From positions 3,368-67,367 of the IMG/VR virus record IMGVR_UViG_2639763081_000004: a stretch of 64,000 bases of DNA; one strand, given 5' to 3'. Position 1 is the stretch's first letter. Every line of letters starts with the position of its first letter. Shown here in pieces: positions 54,982 through 63,309 of the stretch. Position numbers and translations under genes: made by a program. The notes below the pieces were generated by a model. That model had not been told where the DNA came from and made no database searches. It saw only the letters and a list, made by a program, of their open reading frames with translations. This stretch comes from a virus. Its lineage: Duplodnaviria > Caudoviricetes.

Positions 54982-56790
54982 ATGGCATTGGATCTGAATG
55001 GACCCGCAGAGATCGTCCAGGACAAGTACGAGCGCAGCATGGCGATGGCTGACGCCGCCTCCAAGGAAGTTGCGTCTTTCACGGACGATCTGAGGAACAG
55101 CCTCTACAAGCCTTCGCAGATCGACGTTCGGTGGCAGACGCTGCCTGCGCCGAACTTGCCGCCCATCCCGGACATGCCAGCGCTGCCCGATGCGACGCTT
55201 GTGGAGCCCGCCGACATGCCCGGGCCGCTGTCGGCGCAGATACGGGACGTGCCCATCGACGGGTTCGATGTGGTGCCGCCCACACTCAACTTCGGGCAGG
55301 CCCCTGTTTTGACCATCGGCCAGGCGCCGACACTGCCTCAGTTGCGGGACGTAGCCGTGCCTGATGCGCCGGATGTGGTGCTGCCTGGTGCGCCGGAATT
55401 CCTGCAGTTGCAGACGCACACGTTTGGAGGTGTGGATTTGCATGAGGACTGGCTTGCCAAGCTGGACGACATCCCCACGCTGTCCGTGCTGCAGCCCACG
55501 CCGTTCCAGCACAAGCCCGGGGCGAAATACGCCTCGCAGCTGCTGGACAACCTGAAGGCCTCCCTGAATGCGCGCATCCAGGGCGGCTCCGGAATCGCTC
55601 CGGCGGTCGAGCAGCAGATCTGGGATCGTGCGCGCGATCGCGAAACGGCCCTGGCGCTGGCGCGCGAGCAGGAGGTGTTGCGCGGCGCCGAAGCTCTGGG
55701 CTTCCCGCTGCCCAGTGGCGCGCTGGCGGGCCAGCTGGCGGACGCGCGCCGCGAGATCCACGACAAGCTGTCGGGCCTGTCGCGGGATGTGGCCATCAAG
55801 CAGGCCGAGATGGAGCAGCAGAACGTCAAGGACGCCATCACCCAGGCCCTGCAGTTGGAGACTACGCTGCTGGACGACGCCTACAAGCTGGAGATGCTGG
55901 CGTTCGAGACCGCCAAGACCACGGCAGACAATGCCCTGGCCGCCTTCAATGCGGCGGTCGAGCACTACAAGGCGCTGCTGGCAGGGTACCAAGCCTATGC
56001 TGCCGCCTATGACACGGTGATCCGGGCCGAGCTCAACAAGGTCGAGGTCTACAAGGCCATGCTGGCGGCCGAGCAGACCAAGGCCGACATCAACAAGTCC
56101 CTGGTGGATCGCTACCGCGCCGAGATCGACGGGCGCATGGCGGTGGTCGAGATCTACAAGGCCCGCGTGGGCGCGGCCCAGACGCTGGTGGAACTGGAGA
56201 AGGCCCGCATCCAGGCCGGCGGCGAAGAGGTCAAGGCCTTCGTGGCCACGGTCAACGCACAGACGGCACTGGTTGACATCTACAAGACCCAGGTGGGAGC
56301 TGAGACTGCGAAGGTGGACGCTTATCGTGCGCTCACGCAGGCCTATGCATCCAAGGTGGGCGCCCAGGCCGAGCAGGCACGCGTCGAGGTGGCCCGGTAC
56401 CAGGCCCTGATCTCGGCCAAGGGTCTCGAATGGGACGGGTGGAAAGCTCGCCTGTCCGCCGCCACGGCGCGTGCCGAAAGCGCGGCCCGGCAGTCCGCAA
56501 TCCTTGTCGACGGCTACCGCATCGGCGCAACTGCCGCTGAGGCTCAGGCGGCATCGTATGCGCGTCGATGGGAGTCCGAGATCAAGCAATACGAAGCCGG
56601 GATGAACATCACGTACCAGGTTGCGAGGACCAACAATGATGCCGTCACCCATGCCAACGATGCGCGCATGGAGGCCGCGAAGGTGGGTCTCACTGCAAAG
56701 GCCCAGCAACTGGCCAGTGCCTTGTCGATGGTGACAGCTCAGGCCCAGATTGATGGCCGCGTCAACTGGAACTACAACGGTCAGATCTGA
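54982..56790 (+). CDS. Virion protein, Pro-rich N-terminus and long coiled coil
   Basis: AGGAG SD; helical repeats with periodic YKA/YRA. Confidence 0.75.
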   Translation: MALDLNGPAEIVQDKYERSMAMADAASKEVASFTDDLRNSLYKPSQIDVRWQTLPAPNLPPIPDMPALPDATLVEPADMPGPLSAQIRDVPIDGFDVVPPTLNFGQAPVLTIGQAPTLPQLRDVAVPDAPDVVLPGAPEFLQLQTHTFGGVDLHEDWLAKLDDIPTLSVLQPTPFQHKPGAKYASQLLDNLKASLNARIQGGSGIAPAVEQQIWDRARDRETALALAREQEVLRGAEALGFPLPSGALAGQLADARREIHDKLSGLSRDVAIKQAEMEQQNVKDAITQALQLETTLLDDAYKLEMLAFETAKTTADNALAAFNAAVEHYKALLAGYQAYAAAYDTVIRAELNKVEVYKAMLAAEQTKADINKSLVDRYRAEIDGRMAVVEIYKARVGAAQTLVELEKARIQAGGEEVKAFVATVNAQTALVDIYKTQVGAETAKVDAYRALTQAYASKVGAQAEQARVEVARYQALISAKGLEWDGWKARLSAATARAESAARQSAILVDGYRIGATAAEAQAASYARRWESEIKQYEAGMNITYQVARTNNDAVTHANDARMEAAKVGLTAKAQQLASALSMVTAQAQIDGRVNWNYNGQI

Positions 56791-56795
56791 TGCCG

Positions 56796-56838
56796 CCCCC
56801 GGCTAGGGTTCGCTTCTTGGCGCCCTGGCCGGGACACT
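56796..56838 (+). promoter_or_regulatory. Putative late promoter copy 6
   Basis: CCCCC-GGCT-AGGGTTCG-N20-GACACT; ATG 56846 7 nt later. Confidence 0.75.
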
Positions 56839-56845
56839 GCGGAGC

Positions 56846-57283
56846 ATGACGACACCGGCATGCCTCAGCTTTCCGATCTACCAGGGCGCCACCTTCCGCG
56901 AGGAGCTGGAGCGCGTGACCGTGCCCTATGTGGTGCGCAAGGAATGTGGTCGTCTGGTGGATGCGTGCACAGGCGCTGCCGTGCCCGATGCCGACATCAC
57001 CCGCGAGGACTACACCGGCTGCACGGCGCGCGTCCAGCTGCGCCGCGAGATCGATGACCCGGAGATCCTGCTGGAGCTGAGCACGGCCAACGGCGGTATA
57101 GAGCTGGATGGCGCCTGGCTGCGCCTGCTGATGACGGCTGAGCAGACGGGCGCCTTTGTCTACGGCGACATGCCGCCAGGATGGACCTCGTGCGTGGGCC
57201 AGGTCGAAGTCACGCGACCGAATGGCGACGTGGAGCGCCAGTACGAATTGCGCTTCGGGTTGTATCCGGAGGGCACCAGGTGA
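56846..57283 (+). CDS. Tail-fibre adaptor-like protein
   Basis: IYQGATF, DYTGCTARVQLR, LELSTANGGI. Confidence 0.65.
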   Translation: MTTPACLSFPIYQGATFREELERVTVPYVVRKECGRLVDACTGAAVPDADITREDYTGCTARVQLRREIDDPEILLELSTANGGIELDGAWLRLLMTAEQTGAFVYGDMPPGWTSCVGQVEVTRPNGDVERQYELRFGLYPEGTR

Positions 57284-57810
57284 CCACCATCGTTTCCAGC
57301 CGTCCAGGCCCAACCATCGTCGAGCGTGAGACCTCGATTGTGGTGATGCGCAGGGGCGGAGAGACCGTGGTGGTGCGGCAGCCGGCTTCCCCGGCCGTTG
57401 TTGTGACCCGTGGAATTCCTGGTCCGCGCGGTCTGCGTGGAGTGCCTGGGCCGCCCGGCGGCGCCACCACTGTCAAGGTCGGCCCGCTGCCCATCAGTGG
57501 CCACAGCGTGGTGGCCTGCGACAGCGCTGGCGAACTGGTCGCAGCCGACGCTACCAATCCTGCGCACCGTGGCGCCGTGTTGGGCGTGGTGGCCGATGCA
57601 TACAGCCCTGGCGACGACGCCGTGGTGCAAACCGGCTACGTCCTTGAGCACGCCGGCTGGACCTGGGCGCCCGGCCCGGTGCTGGTCGGGCTGTCGGGCC
57701 AACTGGCCCAGGCCCCGCCCGCTGGCGCGCTATTCGCTCAGGTCATCGGCCAGGCGCTGTCTTCCACCCGCGTCCTCATCGACATCAACCCACCAATCAC
57801 CCTTGCTTGA
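57280..57810 (+). CDS. Structural protein with short collagen-like stretch
   Basis: GIPGPRGLRGVPGPPG; GTGA overlap. Confidence 0.7.
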   Translation: MTTIVSSRPGPTIVERETSIVVMRRGGETVVVRQPASPAVVVTRGIPGPRGLRGVPGPPGGATTVKVGPLPISGHSVVACDSAGELVAADATNPAHRGAVLGVVADAYSPGDDAVVQTGYVLEHAGWTWAPGPVLVGLSGQLAQAPPAGALFAQVIGQALSSTRVLIDINPPITLA

Positions 57811-57823
57811 ATAGGAGTCCACC

Positions 57824-58330
57824 ATGGCTGGCAAGAAATTTCTACGTCTCGTCAACAACTTGGTCACCGAGGTGCTGGGCATCCAGACATCGGCCGGCGC
57901 GGCCAATGCCGGCGACATCGTGGCCCTGGATGATTCGGGCCGTATCGACAACAGCATGATGCCCGTGGGCATCGGCGCGGACACTGCCGTCATCGCCGCC
58001 AGCGAGGCACTCGCGGCCGGCGATTGGGTTAACGTGTGGAACAGCACGGGCGCCAAGGTCCGCAAGGCCGACGCCACCACGTCCGGCAAGGAGGCCCACG
58101 GCTTCGTTCTGGCCGCCGTCACCAGCGGCGCCAACGCTACGGTGTACTTCGAGGGCACGAACACCCAGGTCGCCGCCCAGACCCCTGGGCCTGTATTCCT
58201 GCAGACCACTGCGGGCACGGGCGGCGCCACGGCGCCCAGCGCATCGGGCAACGTGGTGCAGCGCCTGGGCGTGGCCGTGAGCACCACCGCCGTGAACTTC
58301 GAGGGCGGCGTGCCCGTAGTTCTGGCCTGA
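57824..58330 (+). CDS. Virion structural protein
   Basis: AGGAG SD; ASEALAAGD.V, QRLGVA. Confidence 0.7.
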   Translation: MAGKKFLRLVNNLVTEVLGIQTSAGAANAGDIVALDDSGRIDNSMMPVGIGADTAVIAASEALAAGDWVNVWNSTGAKVRKADATTSGKEAHGFVLAAVTSGANATVYFEGTNTQVAAQTPGPVFLQTTAGTGGATAPSASGNVVQRLGVAVSTTAVNFEGGVPVVLA

Positions 58331-58336
58331 TTCACC

Positions 58337-59164
58337 ATGGCTTCTCGGCGTCCCTTGGTCAACGTCAGCGGCAGCATCCGCGAGCTGCCCATGGGCGACA
58401 CGCTGCCCGGCGTGCGTGAGCTGCTCACCGCTGCGCGCACCTACTACGTCCGCACCGATGGCAGCGACAGCAATACCGGGTTGGCAGATACCTCCGGCGG
58501 CGCGTTCCTGACACTCCAGCGTGCAATGGACGTTGTGGGGGCCCTCGACACCGGCATCTATGGCGTGACCGTGCAAGTCCGCGCTGGCAATTACACGGGT
58601 CCGGTGCTCATCCCCCTGATGTCCGGCAGTGGTCTGCTGGACATCGTGGGGGACGTGTCTACACCTGCAAACTGCTCGGTTTCATCTTCTGGCGTGTGCT
58701 TCCAAGCGGCCGATAACGCCAGGTGCATTCTGCGTGGTTTCAAGGTTTCTGGCGCTGGGGGGATTCGTGGGATTCGTGGCGGGGGCATCTTCTTTTCGTT
58801 CATGGATTTCGGCGCCTGCTCTTCGTATCACATAGAAGCGACCAATGGCGGGTGGCTGCAATCGCAAGGCAGCTACGCAATATCTGGGTCCGCTCCAAGA
58901 CACATCACTTGCACCGTCTTGTCTCGGGTGGTGCTTCCGGGCGGCACGATCACCATAAGTGGGATGCCCGCATTCTCTGATGCATTTGTACGATCAGCAT
59001 CTGCATCGGTTGTGCAAGTGCAAGGCTCTACTTTCTCGGGGTCCGCGACTGGATCGCGATATCGGGTCGAATCAAACGCGGTCATTGACACATTCGGCGC
59101 GGGCGCGAGCTATCTGCCAGGTAATGCTGTCGGAACCAGCGACGCATCTGGGGTGTATTCATGA
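58337..59164 (+). CDS. Putative tail spike/receptor-binding protein
   Basis: TYYVRTDGSDSNTG...AFLTLQRA beta-helix cap-like motif; Ser/Gly-rich C-terminus. Confidence 0.7.
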   Translation: MASRRPLVNVSGSIRELPMGDTLPGVRELLTAARTYYVRTDGSDSNTGLADTSGGAFLTLQRAMDVVGALDTGIYGVTVQVRAGNYTGPVLIPLMSGSGLLDIVGDVSTPANCSVSSSGVCFQAADNARCILRGFKVSGAGGIRGIRGGGIFFSFMDFGACSSYHIEATNGGWLQSQGSYAISGSAPRHITCTVLSRVVLPGGTITISGMPAFSDAFVRSASASVVQVQGSTFSGSATGSRYRVESNAVIDTFGAGASYLPGNAVGTSDASGVYS

Positions 59165-59703
59165 CGCATTACCAGCTCACTGGCGAAGGATTCGTGTACC
59201 GCTGGGATGGAGGAATACGGACGACCATCCCTTTTATCGACTTCCCGGATCTGCCCCCCAATCCAGACGCCATCGAGTATCGCGCATGGCTCGCAGCCGG
59301 CGGCGTGCCGCTACCTGCAGATCTTCGGCCTGCTGCTGAAATCGCTGTGGCCCTGCGCCAGGCCCTGGCCTCCGAGTACCGGCGCCGCATCCAAGTGATC
59401 GCCGCAGGCTACCCGCTGAGCGAGCGGGAATCCTGGCCGGTACAGACTGAAGAGGCGAGGGCGCTGGAGGCTAACCCCGCAGCCGCAACGCCTTGGATCG
59501 ACGCTGCAGCGCTGGCGCGTGGTCTCGACCGCCTGGTTCTGGCCGAGCGCATCCGGGCTAAGGATGACGCATACCGGCAGGTGCACGGCCTGCTGACGGG
59601 CACGCGCCAGCGCATCGAGGACCAGATCGATGCGGCGGCCGACGACGCCCTGGCGCTGTCGCAGATCGATGTCGCGGCCGGCTGGCCTGCGGCCCCCGTG
59701 TAG
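59161..59703 (+). CDS. Putative tail fibre assembly protein
   Basis: EYRAWLAAG; YPLSERESWPVQTEEA; GTRQRIED. Confidence 0.7.
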   Translation: MTHYQLTGEGFVYRWDGGIRTTIPFIDFPDLPPNPDAIEYRAWLAAGGVPLPADLRPAAEIAVALRQALASEYRRRIQVIAAGYPLSERESWPVQTEEARALEANPAAATPWIDAAALARGLDRLVLAERIRAKDDAYRQVHGLLTGTRQRIEDQIDAAADDALALSQIDVAAGWPAAPV

Positions 59704-59735
59704 GGTTCGCCAGCGCGGCCCGGCCCCGGAATCAT
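59693..59735 (+). promoter_or_regulatory. Putative late promoter copy 7 (lysis cassette)
   Basis: CCCCC-GTGT-AGGGTTCG-N20-AATCAT; ATG 59743 7 nt later. Confidence 0.75.
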
Positions 59736-59742
59736 CGGGGCC

Positions 59743-60054
59743 ATGAAGAAATACCTCGTATCCCTGCTCGCGCTGATGGGCATCCACCAGCACCTGAGCG
59801 CAGAGCAGCGGCAGGACATTGCCGGCGCAATCATGCAGGCCACGCCGGGCGCCGCCGCGACCGGGGTGTTCAAGGTCTGGGGCCTGCCGCTGAGCGACTG
59901 GCTCGTCGTGGCGTCCCTGGCCTTCATTGCGCTGCAGGCCGGATATCTGGTCTGGAAGTGGCGCCAGGACTATCAGCGTGCCCAGCAGCGGCAGCGCCTC
60001 GCGCGCCTAGCTGGTCTGAAGCCGGAGCCCGAAACCGACTGGGGCGCGCCATGA
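59743..60054 (+). CDS. Holin
   Basis: TM WLVVASLAFIALQAGYLVW, basic tail; precedes endolysin. Confidence 0.7.
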   Translation: MKKYLVSLLALMGIHQHLSAEQRQDIAGAIMQATPGAAATGVFKVWGLPLSDWLVVASLAFIALQAGYLVWKWRQDYQRAQQRQRLARLAGLKPEPETDWGAP

Positions 60055-60632
60055 GCACGGCCCGCATGCCAGCCGCAGGCCTTGGCATTGGCGCGGCCAT
60101 TCTCGCGGCCTGGATTGCCGCAGAAGGCTTCAGCGCAGACCCGATCATCCCGGTTCGCGGCGATGTGCCCACCATCGGCCATGGCGCCACGCGCTACGAG
60201 GACGGCACCCGCGTGACCATGGCCGACCCGCCCATCACCAGGGAGCGCGCCCGCGACCTAGCCGTGAACCTGCTGGAGCAGCAGTACGGCGCCTGTGTGC
60301 GCGATTCGCTGGGTGACACGCGGGTGCACCCGGCCGAGTTCGCCCAGGCGGTGGACTTCGCAGGCCAGTACGGCTGCGGGGCCTGGCGCGGGTCCTCGAT
60401 GCTGGCGCGCACACGGGTCGGCGACTATGCCGGCGCCTGCAACGCTTACCTGGCCTATCGCTACATGACCAGCGCCCAGCCGCTGCAGGGCTACAGCGCC
60501 TACCAGTGGGACGCGGCAGGCCGCCCGAAGCGCTGGCGTTACGACTGCAGCACGCCCGGCAACAAGGTTTGCCGCGGCGTCTGGACCCGTCAGCAGGCGC
60601 GGCACGCCGCGTGCATGGAGGCCCAGCAATGA
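60051..60632 (+). CDS. SAR endolysin (GH24 lysozyme)
   Basis: Ala/Gly-rich N-terminal anchor then EG...DVPTIGHGAT catalytic triad. Confidence 0.9.
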   Translation: MSTARMPAAGLGIGAAILAAWIAAEGFSADPIIPVRGDVPTIGHGATRYEDGTRVTMADPPITRERARDLAVNLLEQQYGACVRDSLGDTRVHPAEFAQAVDFAGQYGCGAWRGSSMLARTRVGDYAGACNAYLAYRYMTSAQPLQGYSAYQWDAAGRPKRWRYDCSTPGNKVCRGVWTRQQARHAACMEAQQ

Positions 60633-60682
60633 ACCCGATCCTCTGGGCAATGTGGTGGTACTGGTGGAGGGGCGGGCGGTGA
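60629..60682 (+). CDS. 17-aa Trp-rich peptide
   Basis: MNPILWAMWWYWWRGGR; ATGA and GTGA overlaps with endolysin and Rz; GGAGG upstream. Confidence 0.5.
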   Translation: MNPILWAMWWYWWRGGR

Positions 60683-61191
60683 TCCCCGCGCTCTACACCC
60701 ACCTGGGCGCCGCTGCCGTGGCCGCCGCGTTGGCATGGCAGTTCCAGGGCGCGCGCCTGGGCGCAGAGCTGGCCGAGGCCCGGCTGGAAACCACCTCCCA
60801 GCAGCTGGCCACCAGTACCGCGCAGCGCGCGGCCGACGCCCGCGCGCGCCAGGCCGAGAAGGCCGTGGCCGCCACCTACCAAGGAGCCCTGAACGATGCC
60901 CTCAAGAAGCAAACCGCGCTGCAGGCTGCTGCTGATCGCGCTGGCCGCGAGCGTGACGGCCTGCGCAAGCAACTGTCCGCTGCCGAGCAGCGACTTGCCG
61001 ACGCTTCCCCCGGCGCCCTCATCGAGTACGCCAGCACCCTCAACCAGCTATTCGGACAGTGCAGCGAGCGATACACACGCCTGGCAGCAGCGGCTGACGG
61101 CCACGCAGCTGATGCAGCAACCTGCCGCGCCGCCTGGCCCGTGATCCCGAGCCTGCCGGCCGCAGGCGTCTCTATCGGACGCAACCCATGA
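60679..61191 (+). CDS. Rz: Inner-membrane spanin
   Basis: N-terminal TM + coiled coil after endolysin; GGAGG SD. Confidence 0.8.
   Translation: MIPALYTHLGAAAVAAALAWQFQGARLGAELAEARLETTSQQLATSTAQRAADARARQAEKAVAATYQGALNDALKKQTALQAAADRAGRERDGLRKQLSAAEQRLADASPGALIEYASTLNQLFGQCSERYTRLAAAADGHAADAATCRAAWPVIPSLPAAGVSIGRNP
60896..61144 (+). CDS. Rz1: Embedded outer-membrane spanin lipoprotein
   Basis: +1 frame inside Rz; AAGGAG upstream; lipobox VTAC; Pro-rich. Confidence 0.8.
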   Translation: MPSRSKPRCRLLLIALAASVTACASNCPLPSSDLPTLPPAPSSSTPAPSTSYSDSAASDTHAWQQRLTATQLMQQPAAPPGP

Positions 61192-62027
61192 CCTTTCTGA
61201 AAAAACACTGGCAGGCCACTGCCATCGTGGCAATCGCCGCGCTCTTGATCATCTCCGGCTGGCGCATGTTCAGCCAGTCCGCCCAGATCATCGATCTCGG
61301 GATTTTCATGCTGCTGGGCGTGGCGTTGCTGCTGATGCCGATTGCCGGCTTGGCTGAGCAGATACTCCGCAAGCTCGGGGAGCAGACCGTTGCCGTGTCA
61401 TCGCGCGAGCGCTCCCACCGTCAGGAGCTGGAGCTAGCCTTGGCGCACGGCATGGGGGCATTGGTCGCCAATCCCACATTCCCGGGCAAGTCCGTGGGCA
61501 ACAACATCCGCGATGCGCTGGACGCGATGTTGGTGCAGTCGGCTCCTGCGTCATTGGCCGAACTGCGCTGTGGGATGAACGCTTACCCAGGCCGCGCCGA
61601 CCAGCACAAATGCCTGGTGCATGGCGTGGCGGCATGCCCATGCCACAAGGCCAGTGACGACCTGATGCGCAGCGCCGGCTACGAGGGTGAGCAGGCCCCA
61701 GCCAGCGGCGGCCCGCGCGTGACGCTCGCTGACATCGAAGCCGAGATTGTGGGCGAGCACTACTTCACCGCCACTCAAGGCGCCGGCCACCCTGAGGCGC
61801 TGAACCCGCGCGACTTCGGCGACGTGCCCGCCGAATTGGCGCTGCTGACGATCTGTGTGCTGCGCCTGCGCAATGGCACCAAGCTCGTAGGCATCAACTA
61901 CGGCGCCATCGACCCGGACCAGCACGACGCTGATCTCGGCCGGAAGGAAGCCCGCGCCGATGCCGTGGAGAAAATTTGGGAGCTGCTGGGCTTCCGGCTG
62001 CGCGACAAGCTTGCGGCTGGCGCCTAA
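61188..62027 (+). CDS. Two-TM protein fused to N4 gp49/Sf6 gp66-like domain
   Basis: RVTLADIEAEI..EHYFTA, LTICVLRLRNG, GRKEAR..A.EKIWELLGF.L. Confidence 0.75.
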   Translation: MTFLKKHWQATAIVAIAALLIISGWRMFSQSAQIIDLGIFMLLGVALLLMPIAGLAEQILRKLGEQTVAVSSRERSHRQELELALAHGMGALVANPTFPGKSVGNNIRDALDAMLVQSAPASLAELRCGMNAYPGRADQHKCLVHGVAACPCHKASDDLMRSAGYEGEQAPASGGPRVTLADIEAEIVGEHYFTATQGAGHPEALNPRDFGDVPAELALLTICVLRLRNGTKLVGINYGAIDPDQHDADLGRKEARADAVEKIWELLGFRLRDKLAAGA

Positions 62028-62302
62028 GCCGCAGGCGCCGGGTCAGCCGACGCTATCGAAACCACGGTCCCGTCGATGGCCACCATTTCGCCGCGTGTAT
62101 TCGGGTCTGCATCGAGCGGAATACCCCACATCAGGCCGGGGTGCTCTCCTTTGTGCATTACCTGGTCCAGATGGTAGAGCTCTTCGGGCGGCAGTCGGAA
62201 GCGTTGCGGATACTTGTCGCTGCCGTGGGCCTTCCAATGTCCCATGAAGCCGGCGACGACGCGCTGGTGGACAGTGTGTTTCGGATTTGTGGGGTCGATC
62301 AT
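62024..62302 (-). CDS. Hypothetical protein
   Basis: MIDPTNP start (or 62311); convergent with lysis operon. Confidence 0.6.
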   Translation of the reverse strand: MIDPTNPKHTVHQRVVAGFMGHWKAHGSDKYPQRFRLPPEELYHLDQVMHKGEHPGLMWGIPLDADPNTRGEMVAIDGTVVSIASADPAPAA

Positions 62303-62328
62303 GGCCGGCATTGTGCCCGTGACCCGAA

Positions 62329-62550
62329 TCAGAATGGCGCAGGCGAGCGGATCACGCTGACAGGCCCGAAGCCGCGGTACACGACATTGCCCTCTGGGTC
62401 CAAGACGATGGACCACCATGGAGCCGTGTGCACAACCCGGTAGCACTCCGGGGCCAGCGGGAGGATCTCCTGCCCACAGACCGCCGCCCAGCCCGATGGC
62501 CATACCACTGTGGGGTGCAGGCAGTTCAGCGGGTCGTCATCGTCATACAT
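62329..62550 (-). CDS. Small protein, paralog of 62543-62752
   Basis: LPLAPECYRVV...VY.G.GPV shared motif. Confidence 0.7.
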   Translation of the reverse strand: MYDDDDPLNCLHPTVVWPSGWAAVCGQEILPLAPECYRVVHTAPWWSIVLDPEGNVVYRGFGPVSVIRSPAPF

Positions 62551-62752
62551 CGCGGGCCGCAAGGATCTGAACCGGCCCGAGGCCGCTATACACGAGCGTG
62601 CCACCCGGCCCGCGCACCTCGAACCACCCAGGCTGGGCCTCCACGATCCGATAGGCCTCCGGCGGCGCTGGGAGGGCCTCCAGTTCGGGCACGCCGAACC
62701 ACTCAGGCATACGGAGGAGCGCGAATTTCGGGGATGGCGGCGGGGTGATCAT
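62543..62752 (-). CDS. Small protein downstream of SOS box
   Basis: AGGAGGT SD; LPAPPEAYRIV...VY.G.GPV. Confidence 0.7.
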   Translation of the reverse strand: MITPPPSPKFALLRMPEWFGVPELEALPAPPEAYRIVEAQPGWFEVRGPGGTLVYSGLGPVQILAARDV

Positions 62753-62785
62753 CTGGACCTCCTGGAGATCGGGTTTGCATAATAA

Positions 62786-62801
62786 CTGTACATCCATACA
62801 G
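62786..62801. promoter_or_regulatory. LexA (SOS) box between divergent operons
   Basis: CTGTACATCCATACAG. Confidence 0.85.
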
Positions 62802-62811
62802 TAAAAATGTC

Positions 62812-63309
62812 ATGACCCACGATCAATCAGGGTTGCCCGATCTGCCGGGCCGATATCGCTCAGAGGGCTGTGCGCCTGGCAGCGAGCGAGAGCGCCAGGG
62901 CCAAGTTGAGGCGGGCTGGCGCACGACGATGCTGCGCTTACGCTTTTGCGGCGTCTACCTGTCCGTGCCGATGCTGCGGAGCGTGCACTGCGTCACCGGC
63001 CTCTTGGTTACCACCAGGGCATATGAAAACGACCGTGTAGACATCGTTGACCCTGGAGGCTCGGGGCCCATCACGCGCGGGCTGGGGCAAGTTGAGATGC
63101 TGCGCATGCGCGAAGATGGGTCAATGCTGCTGAGGGGCTTGGAGTGGGATGAGGGCGATCTGAGGCGATGGCCGCAGACATGGTTGTGCTGCCCAGATCG
63201 TGCTGGCATCGACGCGGCGCTGGCGCCTATGGCCAGTTGGCTGGGCCAGCGTTACGCTGCCGCAAAGGCTGCAATCGAGCGGCCAGTGAAGAGGTGGCCC
63301 TATGTGTAA
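62812..63309 (+). CDS. Hypothetical protein, putatively SOS-regulated
   Basis: Starts 10 nt after SOS box; overlaps SRAP start. Confidence 0.7.
   Translation: MTHDQSGLPDLPGRYRSEGCAPGSERERQGQVEAGWRTTMLRLRFCGVYLSVPMLRSVHCVTGLLVTTRAYENDRVDIVDPGGSGPITRGLGQVEMLRMREDGSMLLRGLEWDEGDLRRWPQTWLCCPDRAGIDAALAPMASWLGQRYAAAKAAIERPVKRWPYV

Noticed and set aside
56846-59703. Diversity-generating retroelement or invertible tail-fibre cassette
   Set aside because: No reverse transcriptase, invertase or template/variable repeat pair seen.
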